Positions 56,196 through 64,000 of a stretch of DNA of 64,000 bases are shown here, in pieces; within the stretch, counting starts at the first letter, position 1, and each line of letters begins with the position of its first letter. The stretch comes from Nitrospira sp. CR1.2. GTDB lineage: Bacteria; Nitrospirota; Nitrospiria; Nitrospirales; Nitrospiraceae. A program made the translations under genes and the position numbers. The DNA lies in assembly GCA_014055495.1 (NCBI GenBank), contig WIAG01000012.1, forward strand, positions 706 through 64,705, read 5' to 3'. A model generated the notes under the pieces. That model saw only the letters and a list, made by a program, of their open reading frames with translations. It searched no databases and was not told where the DNA came from.

Positions 56196-59100
56196 ATGAG
56201 CACATCGCCTCCATTGCATGATTCTCCCCTCTCGCTCGCAAAGATTCTGTTGGAGGAAGCCGAACTCCTGGATGGCCCCTTCCCCGACGACCATCCCGTG
56301 AAGGTGCTGGCGGGCAAGAATCAGGACGGCAGGCTGGACAAGCAGTTGATTGAGGAACTCCGACGGTACATCCACGGGCGCCACCCGAAACAGGCCGGTC
56401 TGTGCCTCTCCGGTGGTGGAATACGGAGTGCGACCTTTGGGCTGGGAGTCCTACAGTCGCTGGCCAAGTTGCGACTCTTAGACAAATTCGACTACCTGTC
56501 CACCGTCTCCGGCGGCGGTTACGTCGGCAGTTGGTTGACGGCCTGGATCCATCGCCACCCTCGCCGCTTGGACGGAGTCGTAGACGATCTGAGCACAGCA
56601 TCGAACACCGGCGCGGACGAAGCCTCGCCTCCGGTCCGCTGGCTTCGCAACTACAGCAACTATCTCAGCCCCCGTCTTGGGTTTTTCTCTGCAGACTCCT
56701 GGACCCTGCTGGGCATCTACCTACGCAACCTGGGCTTGAACTGGATGGTCCTACTGCCCCTCCTGGCGATCCCACTGCTCGGACCACGCTGGATCATCGC
56801 CTGGACCCAACTCAACACCAAGGAGTCGCCGCTCCCGGGCTGGGCCACTCCGGCACTGTTGGTCGCCGGACTCGGTCTCGCGGTCATGGCCCTGATCTAT
56901 CTCCACCTCTGCCGCCCCACTCTCGGCGAGTATCGTCGTGACCGCTGGTGGCATAGGCTCGAGACGCAGGCGTGGTTTCTGCGCGCGTGCCTGGCGCCCT
57001 TGATCCTCTCGCTCGGCTGCCTGACCACCGCCTGGGCCTGGTTTCGCAACGGCGGCGGCACCCTCGACCAGATCAGCGTCCAGCAGGCTGTCATCGGCGG
57101 CGCCTTGCTCCACACGGGCAGTTGGCTCTTTTCCGCCGTTGCGCTCGCACGATTCAAGGCCCTGACACACTGGCTGCTCTCGGAAACCTTCGCCGTAGCC
57201 GCCACCGGCGCCCTTGGCGGCTTGTTTCTGCGCGGAGCCCTGGCCGAACTGCCGGATCACGTCGTCGTCGCGCGATTTGCCGAATGGTTCGCCTGCTTCG
57301 CGGTGCCCGGAGTCCTGGCCCTGTTCCTGCTGACCGCCACCATCTTCATCGGCCTCGCCAGCCGGTTCACGGAAGAGCAAGATCGTGAGTGGTGGGGCCG
57401 CACAGGCTCCTGGATGCTGATCGCGATGATCATGTGGATCGGGCTGTGCGCCATCGTCATCTTCGGCCCTGGTCTGATCCATTGGATGACTCCACAAGTC
57501 GCCGCGTCGGTCGGCGGATTGTCCGGCCTCCTCACCTTGCTCCTTGGATTCAGCTCGCGAACCACCGCGCAGCAACAGGAGGAACGATCGACGACCACCG
57601 CGCTCACCGACCTGGCGGTACGCACAGCGGCCCCCTTCTTCATGATCGGCGTGCTCATCGCCCTGGCCCTGGGTACCAGCTGGCAATTGGACGTTCTCGC
57701 GCACCAATACGACAAGCATCTGAGCGATCTCGCTGCACCGTTGGAGACCGGACTCGGAATCCGCGCGGATCCGTGGGGCCACGATCAAGTCCTCCACCAC
57801 ACGCCGGCGTGGCTGCTGGTCCGCTTCACGCTCACCGTCCTGATCCTTGGCCTGCTGATGTCCAGCTTCATCAACATCAACCGGTTCTCCCTCCATGCGA
57901 TGTATCGTAACCGCCTGATTCGCGCCTACCTCGGCGCGTCCCGCGTGCAGGCCGAACGCGACCGGACCTTCAATCCCTTTACCGGCTTCGACAATCTCGA
58001 CAATCCGGCCATGAGCGACATGCGTTTCGACGATGTCCGCATCGCCCGGTGGTTCCATGCAGAGGAGACACGACAACCGACCATCCCGGCCTTGGCCAAC
58101 TACCTTCGCCTGCCGAACCCGACGCCGGAGCACCAGCAGACTCTGCGCACACACCTCCCGCAGGACCTGAAGCCGACGCCGGTTCGCAGACGCCTGAGTG
58201 ACGCTGCGCAGCAACTCCGGCCAGGCCCGGCCTGCCTTGCCAGACTCACCGCTCTGCAATTGCCGGACACCGCCGCGGGACAAGACGCGACCACCTGGTT
58301 TGCCGGTCTCTTCATCCACCGACTGCACCAGCAACGCCCAGGGCCTCTGCATCTGGTCAACATCGCCCTCAACCTCGTCAAAGGCGACAACCTCGCGTGG
58401 CAACAACGCAAGGCCCAATCCTTCACGATCAGTCCCCTGCACAGCGGCAGCTGGAATCTCGGCTATCGGCGGTCCGACGAATACGGCGCCAACCGGTACA
58501 TCGGCCAGCCCCTGTCGCTCGGCACCGCCCTGGCGATTTCGGGGGCCGCCGCCAGCCCCAACATGGGCTATCATTCGTCCTCGCCGGTGACGTTCCTCCT
58601 GGCCCTCTTCAATATTCGTCTGGGGTGGTGGTTGGGCAATCCCGGACCGGCCGGCACAGACACGTATCGGCAAGCCTCCCCGACCCTGTCGATCCGGCCG
58701 CTTCTGGCGGAAGCGTTCGGGCTCACGGATTCCTGCCATCCATACGTCTATCTGTCGGACGGCGGGCACTTCGAAAATCTTGGGCTCTACGAAATGGTAC
58801 GGCGCCGCTGTCACTGCATCCTCGTCGTGGATGCCGGCTGCGACCCCCGCCTCGCCTTTGAGGACTTCGGGAACGCCATCCGCAAGATCCGCATCGACCT
58901 GGGGATCGATATCGAGATCAATCTCGACCAGATCACGCGCGCGCCCGACGCCGCTACCAGCGCCCGCCACCATGCCATCGGCACAATCCGGTACGACAAG
59001 GTCGACGACAATGCCACCGCCGGCACGCTGGTCTACCTCAAGCCGTCGCTGACCGGCAGCGAGCCCACGGATGTGCAGGACTATGCAGCGCGCCATCCGG

Positions 59101-60221
59101 CCTTCCCCCATGAATCGACCTCCGATCAGTTCTTCGACGAAGCACAATTTGAATCCTATCGCCGCCTGGGTGAGCATGTCGCTCAACAGGTGTTGCGTCC
59201 TGCCCTCCAACGGAGCGAACAGGAGTTTTCTCAGCTCTGTCATGCCCTGCGCTTACACTGGATAACCACCCCGCCGGGCATGCAGGAGTCTTTTCTCGGC
59301 GAAACGGACGACCTCAAAGATCTCGAACGGCTCTTGCGGGACGACCCGGAATTGCTGCGTTACGATCTGGAGATCTATCCGGAGCTCTGCTCCGTATTCG
59401 GAATGGACCAGGGAAGCCTCACGCCGAATCCCCGTGCGGCGTTGCACACGTGCAACCTGCAAATGCAGTTGATGGAGCAGGTCTATCTCGCTGTGAAGTT
59501 GGAGGAGTTCCACGGGCATGCGCTCAACCGCGGATGGATGAACCTATTCCGACGCTGGACGGCCTCGGCCACCTTCCGCCTGTTCTGGCCAACCCTGTGC
59601 GGGATGTACAGTCAGCAATTCGTCCGGTTCGCGGAGCAGCACTTCAATCTCTCGATCGATCAGGTTGCAGTCCTGGAACCGCTCAGCCCGACCAGTGACC
59701 TGACATCGCTCTTTCGAGACCTCTCGGTTGAATGGGCCTCCGTCCCGGATTATGCGCGGACGTTCCTGCGCGTGCTCGAACGCCCCCTTCCCCTGGAACA
59801 TGTCACGGACAGGCCGCCGCAACTCGCAGCCTGGCAAATGCGTCTGCCGGGCATCGACTCGCAGACCGGCCCGGTCGGCCCCGGTGAGATTCTGGCGATT
59901 GTCACGGCCACCCGTCTGGCGGTGACAGGGCATCGGCTCGGCCTCTACGGGTGGGTTCGTCCGGCTTACCGCGGACTAGGACTCGGCCACCGCCTGTTCG
60001 GAAAAGCGATCGCCGAGCTGACTGCGGCCTACCAGGGCCACAACCTGTGTGTCGATTTAGGGCCGGACAATCCTGCCTGGGCCGGCACGTCGATTCGCAA
60101 TGTCGGCTGGCTCCGGTTCTACGAGCAGCTGGGGTTTACGCGAGATCGCTCGGATCCGACTCGTTTCCAGATGACCCGGATGTTGAGCGAACAAGAAGAA
60201 GACCGGACAGGTGGAGGATAA
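56196..60221 (+). CDS. patatin/cPLA2-like phospholipase domain split by ~10 TM helices, with C-terminal GNAT-like domain
   Basis: Oxyanion motif LSGGGIRSATFGLGVLQSL, nucleophile region YLSTVSGGGYVGSW, a TM block ~56700-57880, NRFSLHAMYRNRLIRAYLGAS, Asp motif LSDGGHFENLGLYEMVRRRC, and C-terminal WVRPAYRGLGLGHRLF...FYEQLGF. Track start 56061; ATG 56196 is preferred. Confidence 0.8.
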   Translation: MSTSPPLHDSPLSLAKILLEEAELLDGPFPDDHPVKVLAGKNQDGRLDKQLIEELRRYIHGRHPKQAGLCLSGGGIRSATFGLGVLQSLAKLRLLDKFDYLSTVSGGGYVGSWLTAWIHRHPRRLDGVVDDLSTASNTGADEASPPVRWLRNYSNYLSPRLGFFSADSWTLLGIYLRNLGLNWMVLLPLLAIPLLGPRWIIAWTQLNTKESPLPGWATPALLVAGLGLAVMALIYLHLCRPTLGEYRRDRWWHRLETQAWFLRACLAPLILSLGCLTTAWAWFRNGGGTLDQISVQQAVIGGALLHTGSWLFSAVALARFKALTHWLLSETFAVAATGALGGLFLRGALAELPDHVVVARFAEWFACFAVPGVLALFLLTATIFIGLASRFTEEQDREWWGRTGSWMLIAMIMWIGLCAIVIFGPGLIHWMTPQVAASVGGLSGLLTLLLGFSSRTTAQQQEERSTTTALTDLAVRTAAPFFMIGVLIALALGTSWQLDVLAHQYDKHLSDLAAPLETGLGIRADPWGHDQVLHHTPAWLLVRFTLTVLILGLLMSSFININRFSLHAMYRNRLIRAYLGASRVQAERDRTFNPFTGFDNLDNPAMSDMRFDDVRIARWFHAEETRQPTIPALANYLRLPNPTPEHQQTLRTHLPQDLKPTPVRRRLSDAAQQLRPGPACLARLTALQLPDTAAGQDATTWFAGLFIHRLHQQRPGPLHLVNIALNLVKGDNLAWQQRKAQSFTISPLHSGSWNLGYRRSDEYGANRYIGQPLSLGTALAISGAAASPNMGYHSSSPVTFLLALFNIRLGWWLGNPGPAGTDTYRQASPTLSIRPLLAEAFGLTDSCHPYVYLSDGGHFENLGLYEMVRRRCHCILVVDAGCDPRLAFEDFGNAIRKIRIDLGIDIEINLDQITRAPDAATSARHHAIGTIRYDKVDDNATAGTLVYLKPSLTGSEPTDVQDYAARHPAFPHESTSDQFFDEAQFESYRRLGEHVAQQVLRPALQRSEQEFSQLCHALRLHWITTPPGMQESFLGETDDLKDLERLLRDDPELLRYDLEIYPELCSVFGMDQGSLTPNPRAALHTCNLQMQLMEQVYLAVKLEEFHGHALNRGWMNLFRRWTASATFRLFWPTLCGMYSQQFVRFAEQHFNLSIDQVAVLEPLSPTSDLTSLFRDLSVEWASVPDYARTFLRVLERPLPLEHVTDRPPQLAAWQMRLPGIDSQTGPVGPGEILAIVTATRLAVTGHRLGLYGWVRPAYRGLGLGHRLFGKAIAELTAAYQGHNLCVDLGPDNPAWAGTSIRNVGWLRFYEQLGFTRDRSDPTRFQMTRMLSEQEEDRTGGG

Positions 60222-60263
60222 GCGACGGGTTGCGGCCTCTGCGTCACCAGAGGGCAGGGCCTG

Positions 60264-60680
60264 TCAGCGCTGTGATGGAGTGAGGACAGGCTCACGAGGC
60301 ATGAGGTTGCGGCGGCCCGAGAACGCCCGAACCCCGAGCAGCAATCGATCCACACTGAAGGGTTGCTCCAGTGTGCCATGGGCACCGAAGATTGCGACAA
60401 TCTTGAGAATATCGTAGCCCTGCACCGCCTGGCCCGAGATGGCTAAGACTTTGACCGGTCCCTGCCGGCTCTGGAGTCGAAGAATGGTGTCGACGCCATC
60501 GTGAACCGGCAGATGGACGTCGAGCAACACGAGATCGGGAGCCCCAGGCTGAATGGTCCCTCGTGCCTGCCGCCCCTCCGTCGCCTCGATGACCCGATAC
60601 CCTTCCATCTCAAGCACAGTCCGCAGCCAGCGACACAGCTTGGCATCGTCGTCTGCAACCAGAATCAACGCCACCGGCAC
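60264..60680 (-). CDS. single-domain response regulator (CheY-like receiver), Lys->Gln variant
   Basis: LILVADDDAKL, LVLLDVHLPVHDG and VLAISG are present, but TLEQPF replaces the usual K-P-F. Confidence 0.8.
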   Translation of the reverse strand: MPVALILVADDDAKLCRWLRTVLEMEGYRVIEATEGRQARGTIQPGAPDLVLLDVHLPVHDGVDTILRLQSRQGPVKVLAISGQAVQGYDILKIVAIFGAHGTLEQPFSVDRLLLGVRAFSGRRNLMPREPVLTPSQR

Positions 60681-60692
60681 CTCGCGTCGGCG

Positions 60693-61373
60693 TCAGGCAC
60701 AATCCTCGGCAGAAAGCCCCACGCTCGGCAAGGTCCTAGCGTAGAGGGTTGCGACCTGCGAACGACGTGTAATCCCCAACTTGGAATACATGTTGGAGAG
60801 GTAGTTCTTCACTGTTTTCTCCGAGAGCGACAGGGCCGCCGCGATCTCCCTATTCGTCCTCCCCTCCGCCACCAACGGGAAGAGGCGCCGCTCTTGCGCA
60901 GACAGGTCGGCCATGCAGGCCGTGGACAGCCCATTGGCCATCTCCCGGACTTCCATCAAGACCTGGCCGATCAACTGCGGCCCCAGGTCGGCACCGCCGC
61001 CGGCCACCCTCCGCATGACATCCCGCCACATGGCCACCGGCGTGTCCTTCAATACGTACCCGTGAGCGCCCGCCGCGATCGCCTCGCGGATCACGGCCTG
61101 GTCGTCGTACACGCTGAGGATGATCACCGGCAGATCCGGCAAGCCCGCCACCAGCCGGCGGCAGGCTTGCACGCCGGAGCCGTCCGGCAAACTGATGTCC
61201 AACAACACCAGGTCGGGCGTCAGCCTCCCGACCAGTTCAAGCCCTTCCGCCATCGAGGTCGCCTCGCCGACAAGACGGAACTCGGCCGTCCGATTCAGCT
61301 GTTCCCGCAATCCCAGGCGCGCCATCCGACTGTCATCAATCAACACAATACGATACACGTGCTGAGTGTCCAT
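60693..61373 (-). CDS. NarL/FixJ family response regulator
   Basis: RIVLIDDSRMARLG, LVLLDISLPDGSG, GYVLKD, and HTH LSAQERRLFPLVAEGRTNREIAAALSLSEKTVKNYLSNMYSKL. AAGGGAGG lies before ATG 61373. Confidence 0.9.
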   Translation of the reverse strand: MDTQHVYRIVLIDDSRMARLGLREQLNRTAEFRLVGEATSMAEGLELVGRLTPDLVLLDISLPDGSGVQACRRLVAGLPDLPVIILSVYDDQAVIREAIAAGAHGYVLKDTPVAMWRDVMRRVAGGGADLGPQLIGQVLMEVREMANGLSTACMADLSAQERRLFPLVAEGRTNREIAAALSLSEKTVKNYLSNMYSKLGITRRSQVATLYARTLPSVGLSAEDCA

Positions 61374-61532
61374 GGACCTCCCTTGGTCGCCAATCACGAA
61401 TCGACTGACGGCCGTCTAGTCTCGACGCAGAGGGGTACGTAGGAACATCGGCAGAAGGTTGATTTCCCTGTCAGCATTCGGCTGACAGTGATGAGACGGA
61501 AAGATACACCAGGAAGGAGTACGGAGAGACAC

Positions 61533-62171
61533 CTAGTCGATGAGCCGCGCTTCGATCGCGTAGCGGATCAACTCACCCGTGCTCTCACAGGACAGTTTTT
61601 CGAGAATCCTCGCCCGATAGGTACTGATGGTTTTCACGCTGAGGCGAAGTTCTTCGGCGATCGTCGACACCGATTTCCCCTGTCCCAGCAATCGCAGCAC
61701 TTGTAGTTCGCGATCCGATAGTCTGGCATGCAAGGAATCGTCGGCGCCGGTTTCGAGCGCACTCGCCATCTGTTCTGCCAACGCCGCGGTGATGTACCGC
61801 CCGCCCTGCAACACCCGCAGCACCGCCGCCAGTAATTCGGAGGGCGCGCTCTGCTTCGTCAAATACCCCGATGCGCCCGCTTTAATCGCCCGCATCGCAA
61901 ACTCTTTTTCCGGATAGAGACTCAGCATGAGCACCGGGAGCCGCGGTTGCAGGAGTTTGGTTTCCTTCAACACCTCCAACCCGTGCTTGTCGGGAAGAGC
62001 AATGTCCAGAATCATGAGATCCCAGGGCTGACGCCGAACGGCCGCCAAGGCCTCCTCCCCGGAACGGACTTCGCAGATCTCGGAGGAGAGTTGCTCCTCC
62101 TCCAACAGTTCACGGACGCCCCTTCGTACGATCGGATGATCGTCTGCGAGCAGACAGCGACACTTATTCAT
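61533..62171 (-). CDS. NarL/FixJ family response regulator
   Basis: CLLADDHPIVRRGV, LMILDIALPDKHG, GYLTKQ, and HTH LSDRELQVLRLLGQGKSVSTIAEELRLSVKTISTYRARILEKL. The start overlaps the upstream kinase stop by 8 nt; the track start 62393 is an extension. Confidence 0.9.
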   Translation of the reverse strand: MNKCRCLLADDHPIVRRGVRELLEEEQLSSEICEVRSGEEALAAVRRQPWDLMILDIALPDKHGLEVLKETKLLQPRLPVLMLSLYPEKEFAMRAIKAGASGYLTKQSAPSELLAAVLRVLQGGRYITAALAEQMASALETGADDSLHARLSDRELQVLRLLGQGKSVSTIAEELRLSVKTISTYRARILEKLSCESTGELIRYAIEARLID

Positions 62172-63999
62172 GCACCGATTTCCTCCGTCGCGATGCCGAG
62201 GCTGCCGGCACACCCGCTGCAGCAGACCCGTCGGCCGTGGAGCCGACAGGAATACGCACCTGGATCGTCGTGCCGGAATCGGCTCCGGATCTGATCTCCA
62301 CATGACCGGCGAGGATCTCCACCCGTTCCCGTATTCCCCGCAATCCGAAGCCACCCACGGGGGAGAGGCTCGCGACATCGAATCCGACGCCATCGTCCGT
62401 AACCGTCAATCGCCATTCCCGCCGACTCTGCTGAACCAGAATGGACACGGTCGTGGCCTGCGCATGGCGGATGACATTCGTCAGCAGTTCCTGAACGCTC
62501 CGATAGAACGCCGTCTCCAACGTGGGCTGACGCGCGCCACGGCGTGGTGTCTGCTCGAACACCAGGGTACAGCGCAGACGAGTCCTGGCGTGCACGTCTG
62601 CGATCAGAGCCTCCAGGCCTGCCTTCAGTCCTAGTTCCTCCAAGACCGGCGGGCGGAGGGCTCGGACAATACGACGCAGACGCGTAAATAACTGGTCCGT
62701 CGTGTCCAACGCACGAGCGAGACGTTCCTGCCCGCGTACTCCCACGCCCGTAGATCGTCCCGCGACGCTTCGCTTCACCGACGTCAAATCGAACTTCAAC
62801 GAGGTCAGCAATTGGCCGACTTCGTCGTGGAGTTCGCGCGACAGCCGGCGACGTTCGTTGGACTCCACCATGTGCAGTTCCTGCGACATGGCCTGAAACC
62901 GTCGATAGGCCTCCTCCAGAGACGCATAGGCCCGCCGTGGTCCCGTGACGTCGATCATGGCCCCGATCATTCGTACGGCCACCCCGGCCTCGTCCCGTAC
63001 AATATGGGCGCGATCCAGAAAGTACCCATAGGTGCCGTCGGCCAGTTGAAAGCGGTATTCGGCGGAGAGGGTGCTGATCTCCGTGTGAATGGCGTGGCCG
63101 ACCAGGTCGAGCACCCGCTCCCTGTCTTCCGGATGCAAGCGGCCGCTCCATGCGTCGATGTTCGGTTCCTTGTGAGGATCGTACCCGAATTTCTCGCAGG
63201 CATTGGGACTCCTCCAATGATCGCCCGTCAGCAGGTCCCAATCCCACAAGATGTCGTTGGTGGCCTGCGCCACGAGGCGAAACCGCTCCTCACTGGACCG
63301 GAGTAGGGCCTCGGTCTGCTGTCGTTCGGTAATATCACGGCCCACCCCGGTAATTCCGACGACCCGACCCTGCAAGTCCGCGAAGGGCGCTCCGTTCCAA
63401 TGGTAGCGCAGGGCACGCCCGTCTTTTGTCAGGAGGTGGCCTTCCAATTCCGCATATCCTGCCTCAAACGCCCGCCGGATAGCCGCACTGGTCTGCTCAG
63501 CTTCCGTGGCGGGCACCATCTCGAAGGCCGGCTTGCCCAACAGCTCGTCGCACGTATAGCCGGTGACCGTTTCCAATCGAAGATTCCACTTGCTCAGACG
63601 CCCTTCCAAATCCAATACAAAAATCACATCGGGCACCGTTTCCATGATGGTCTGCAAATTGGCCAATGCTTCCGCCCGTTCGCGCTCCACCTCCTTGCGC
63701 TCAGTGATATCGGTAATGGTTCCGACCATGCGCAACGGACGTCCCTGCTCATCCCGGGCCACGACTTTGCCGCGATCAAGATACCACCGGTATTCGCCGG
63801 ACTTCTGGCGGAGCCGCACTTCGAGTTCCTTCACGGGCGTGCGGCCGTCCAGATGCGCCTGCATCACTTCCGTCATGCGATGGACATCGTCCGGATGCAG
63901 AATCGAATAAAAGAACGCCGTCGATCTGGGGACCTCATCCGGCAGATACCCCAGAAGCCTGATCCACTGCGGACTGAAATACACGGCATCCGTCAGCAT
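62164..63999 (-). CDS. multi-PAS sensor histidine kinase, HisKA_3 (NarX/DesK-type), N-terminus outside window
   Basis: About four PAS/PAC units, H-box LSRELHDEVGQLLTSL, HATPase NVIRHAQAT...DDGVGF...GGFGLRGIRERV. The ORF is open to the window end. Confidence 0.9.
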   Translation of the reverse strand: MLTDAVYFSPQWIRLLGYLPDEVPRSTAFFYSILHPDDVHRMTEVMQAHLDGRTPVKELEVRLRQKSGEYRWYLDRGKVVARDEQGRPLRMVGTITDITERKEVERERAEALANLQTIMETVPDVIFVLDLEGRLSKWNLRLETVTGYTCDELLGKPAFEMVPATEAEQTSAAIRRAFEAGYAELEGHLLTKDGRALRYHWNGAPFADLQGRVVGITGVGRDITERQQTEALLRSSEERFRLVAQATNDILWDWDLLTGDHWRSPNACEKFGYDPHKEPNIDAWSGRLHPEDRERVLDLVGHAIHTEISTLSAEYRFQLADGTYGYFLDRAHIVRDEAGVAVRMIGAMIDVTGPRRAYASLEEAYRRFQAMSQELHMVESNERRRLSRELHDEVGQLLTSLKFDLTSVKRSVAGRSTGVGVRGQERLARALDTTDQLFTRLRRIVRALRPPVLEELGLKAGLEALIADVHARTRLRCTLVFEQTPRRGARQPTLETAFYRSVQELLTNVIRHAQATTVSILVQQSRREWRLTVTDDGVGFDVASLSPVGGFGLRGIRERVEILAGHVEIRSGADSGTTIQVRIPVGSTADGSAAAGVPAASASRRRKSVHE

Positions 64000-64000
64000 G

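Noticed and set aside
56751-59243. 830-aa minus-strand ORF antisense to the patatin-like gene. Similar long antisense ORFs occur at 14..898, 8106..9056, 11560..12789, 16965..17906, 20858..21967, 23606..24571, 50448..51629, 52150..53304 and 53341..54381.
   Set aside because: Each lies opposite a gene with clear family motifs (TonB, SecA, Nuo subunits, kinases). Their translations are Arg/Gly/His/Asp-rich low-complexity strings with no recognisable motif. That is the expected behaviour of stop-poor antisense frames in GC-rich DNA.
56196-60221. Patatin-like protein as a CBASS/defence effector.
   Set aside because: There is no cyclase, sensor, ATPase, nuclease or other defence-type partner adjacent. 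The protein is a polytopic membrane enzyme of a different architecture from CapV-type effectors. A defence role cannot be excluded but is unsupported.

Overview
A GC-rich (by eye, not computed) 64 kb stretch of a diderm bacterial chromosome. Gene content and style suggest a Nitrospira-like lineage, but that is a weak, unverified impression. I could not recognise any rRNA, tRNA, CRISPR array, transposase or integrase. Layout: (1) nt 1-10.1 kb, minus strand: a long, tightly packed TonB-dependent uptake operon. It holds a TonB-dependent receptor, TonB, an outer-membrane barrel with a His-rich loop, a BNR propeller, two TlpA-like thioredoxins and three paralogous ~100-aa His-rich CxWxC proteins. 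A TPR gene lies upstream. (2) secA. (3) A MidA/NDUFAF7-like methyltransferase overlapping the start of a complete nuoA-N complex I operon (13 genes, nuoC-nuoD fused). Its intercistronic gaps carry two families of short repeats. (4) Housekeeping genes: yihY-like, M50/CBS protease, polysaccharide deacetylase, GNAT, VOC/glyoxalase, uvrC, and a DapF homolog in which both catalytic Cys are Ser. (5) A 5-gene operon of lipoproteins/secreted proteins ending in a copper amine oxidase-like enzyme that appears split over two genes and lacks the canonical TPQ motif. (6) A LuxR-type regulator with an autoinducer-domain-like N-terminus, a SagB/nitroreductase-like protein and a stand-alone KAS II. (7) An atypical NarL-type regulator and two tandem soluble hybrid histidine kinases, each with a FixL-type heme-PAS domain. 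(8) yqhA-like, then a ~1340-aa patatin/cPLA2-like protein interrupted by ~10 TM helices and ending in a GNAT-like domain. (9) A NarL-type two-component cluster running off the window end. The best candidates for undescribed biology are the TlpA/His-Cys-protein uptake operon, the split amine-oxidase-like operon, the LuxR/SagB-like/KAS trio and the patatin-TM-GNAT fusion. All functional calls come from motif recognition by eye. No database search was run.
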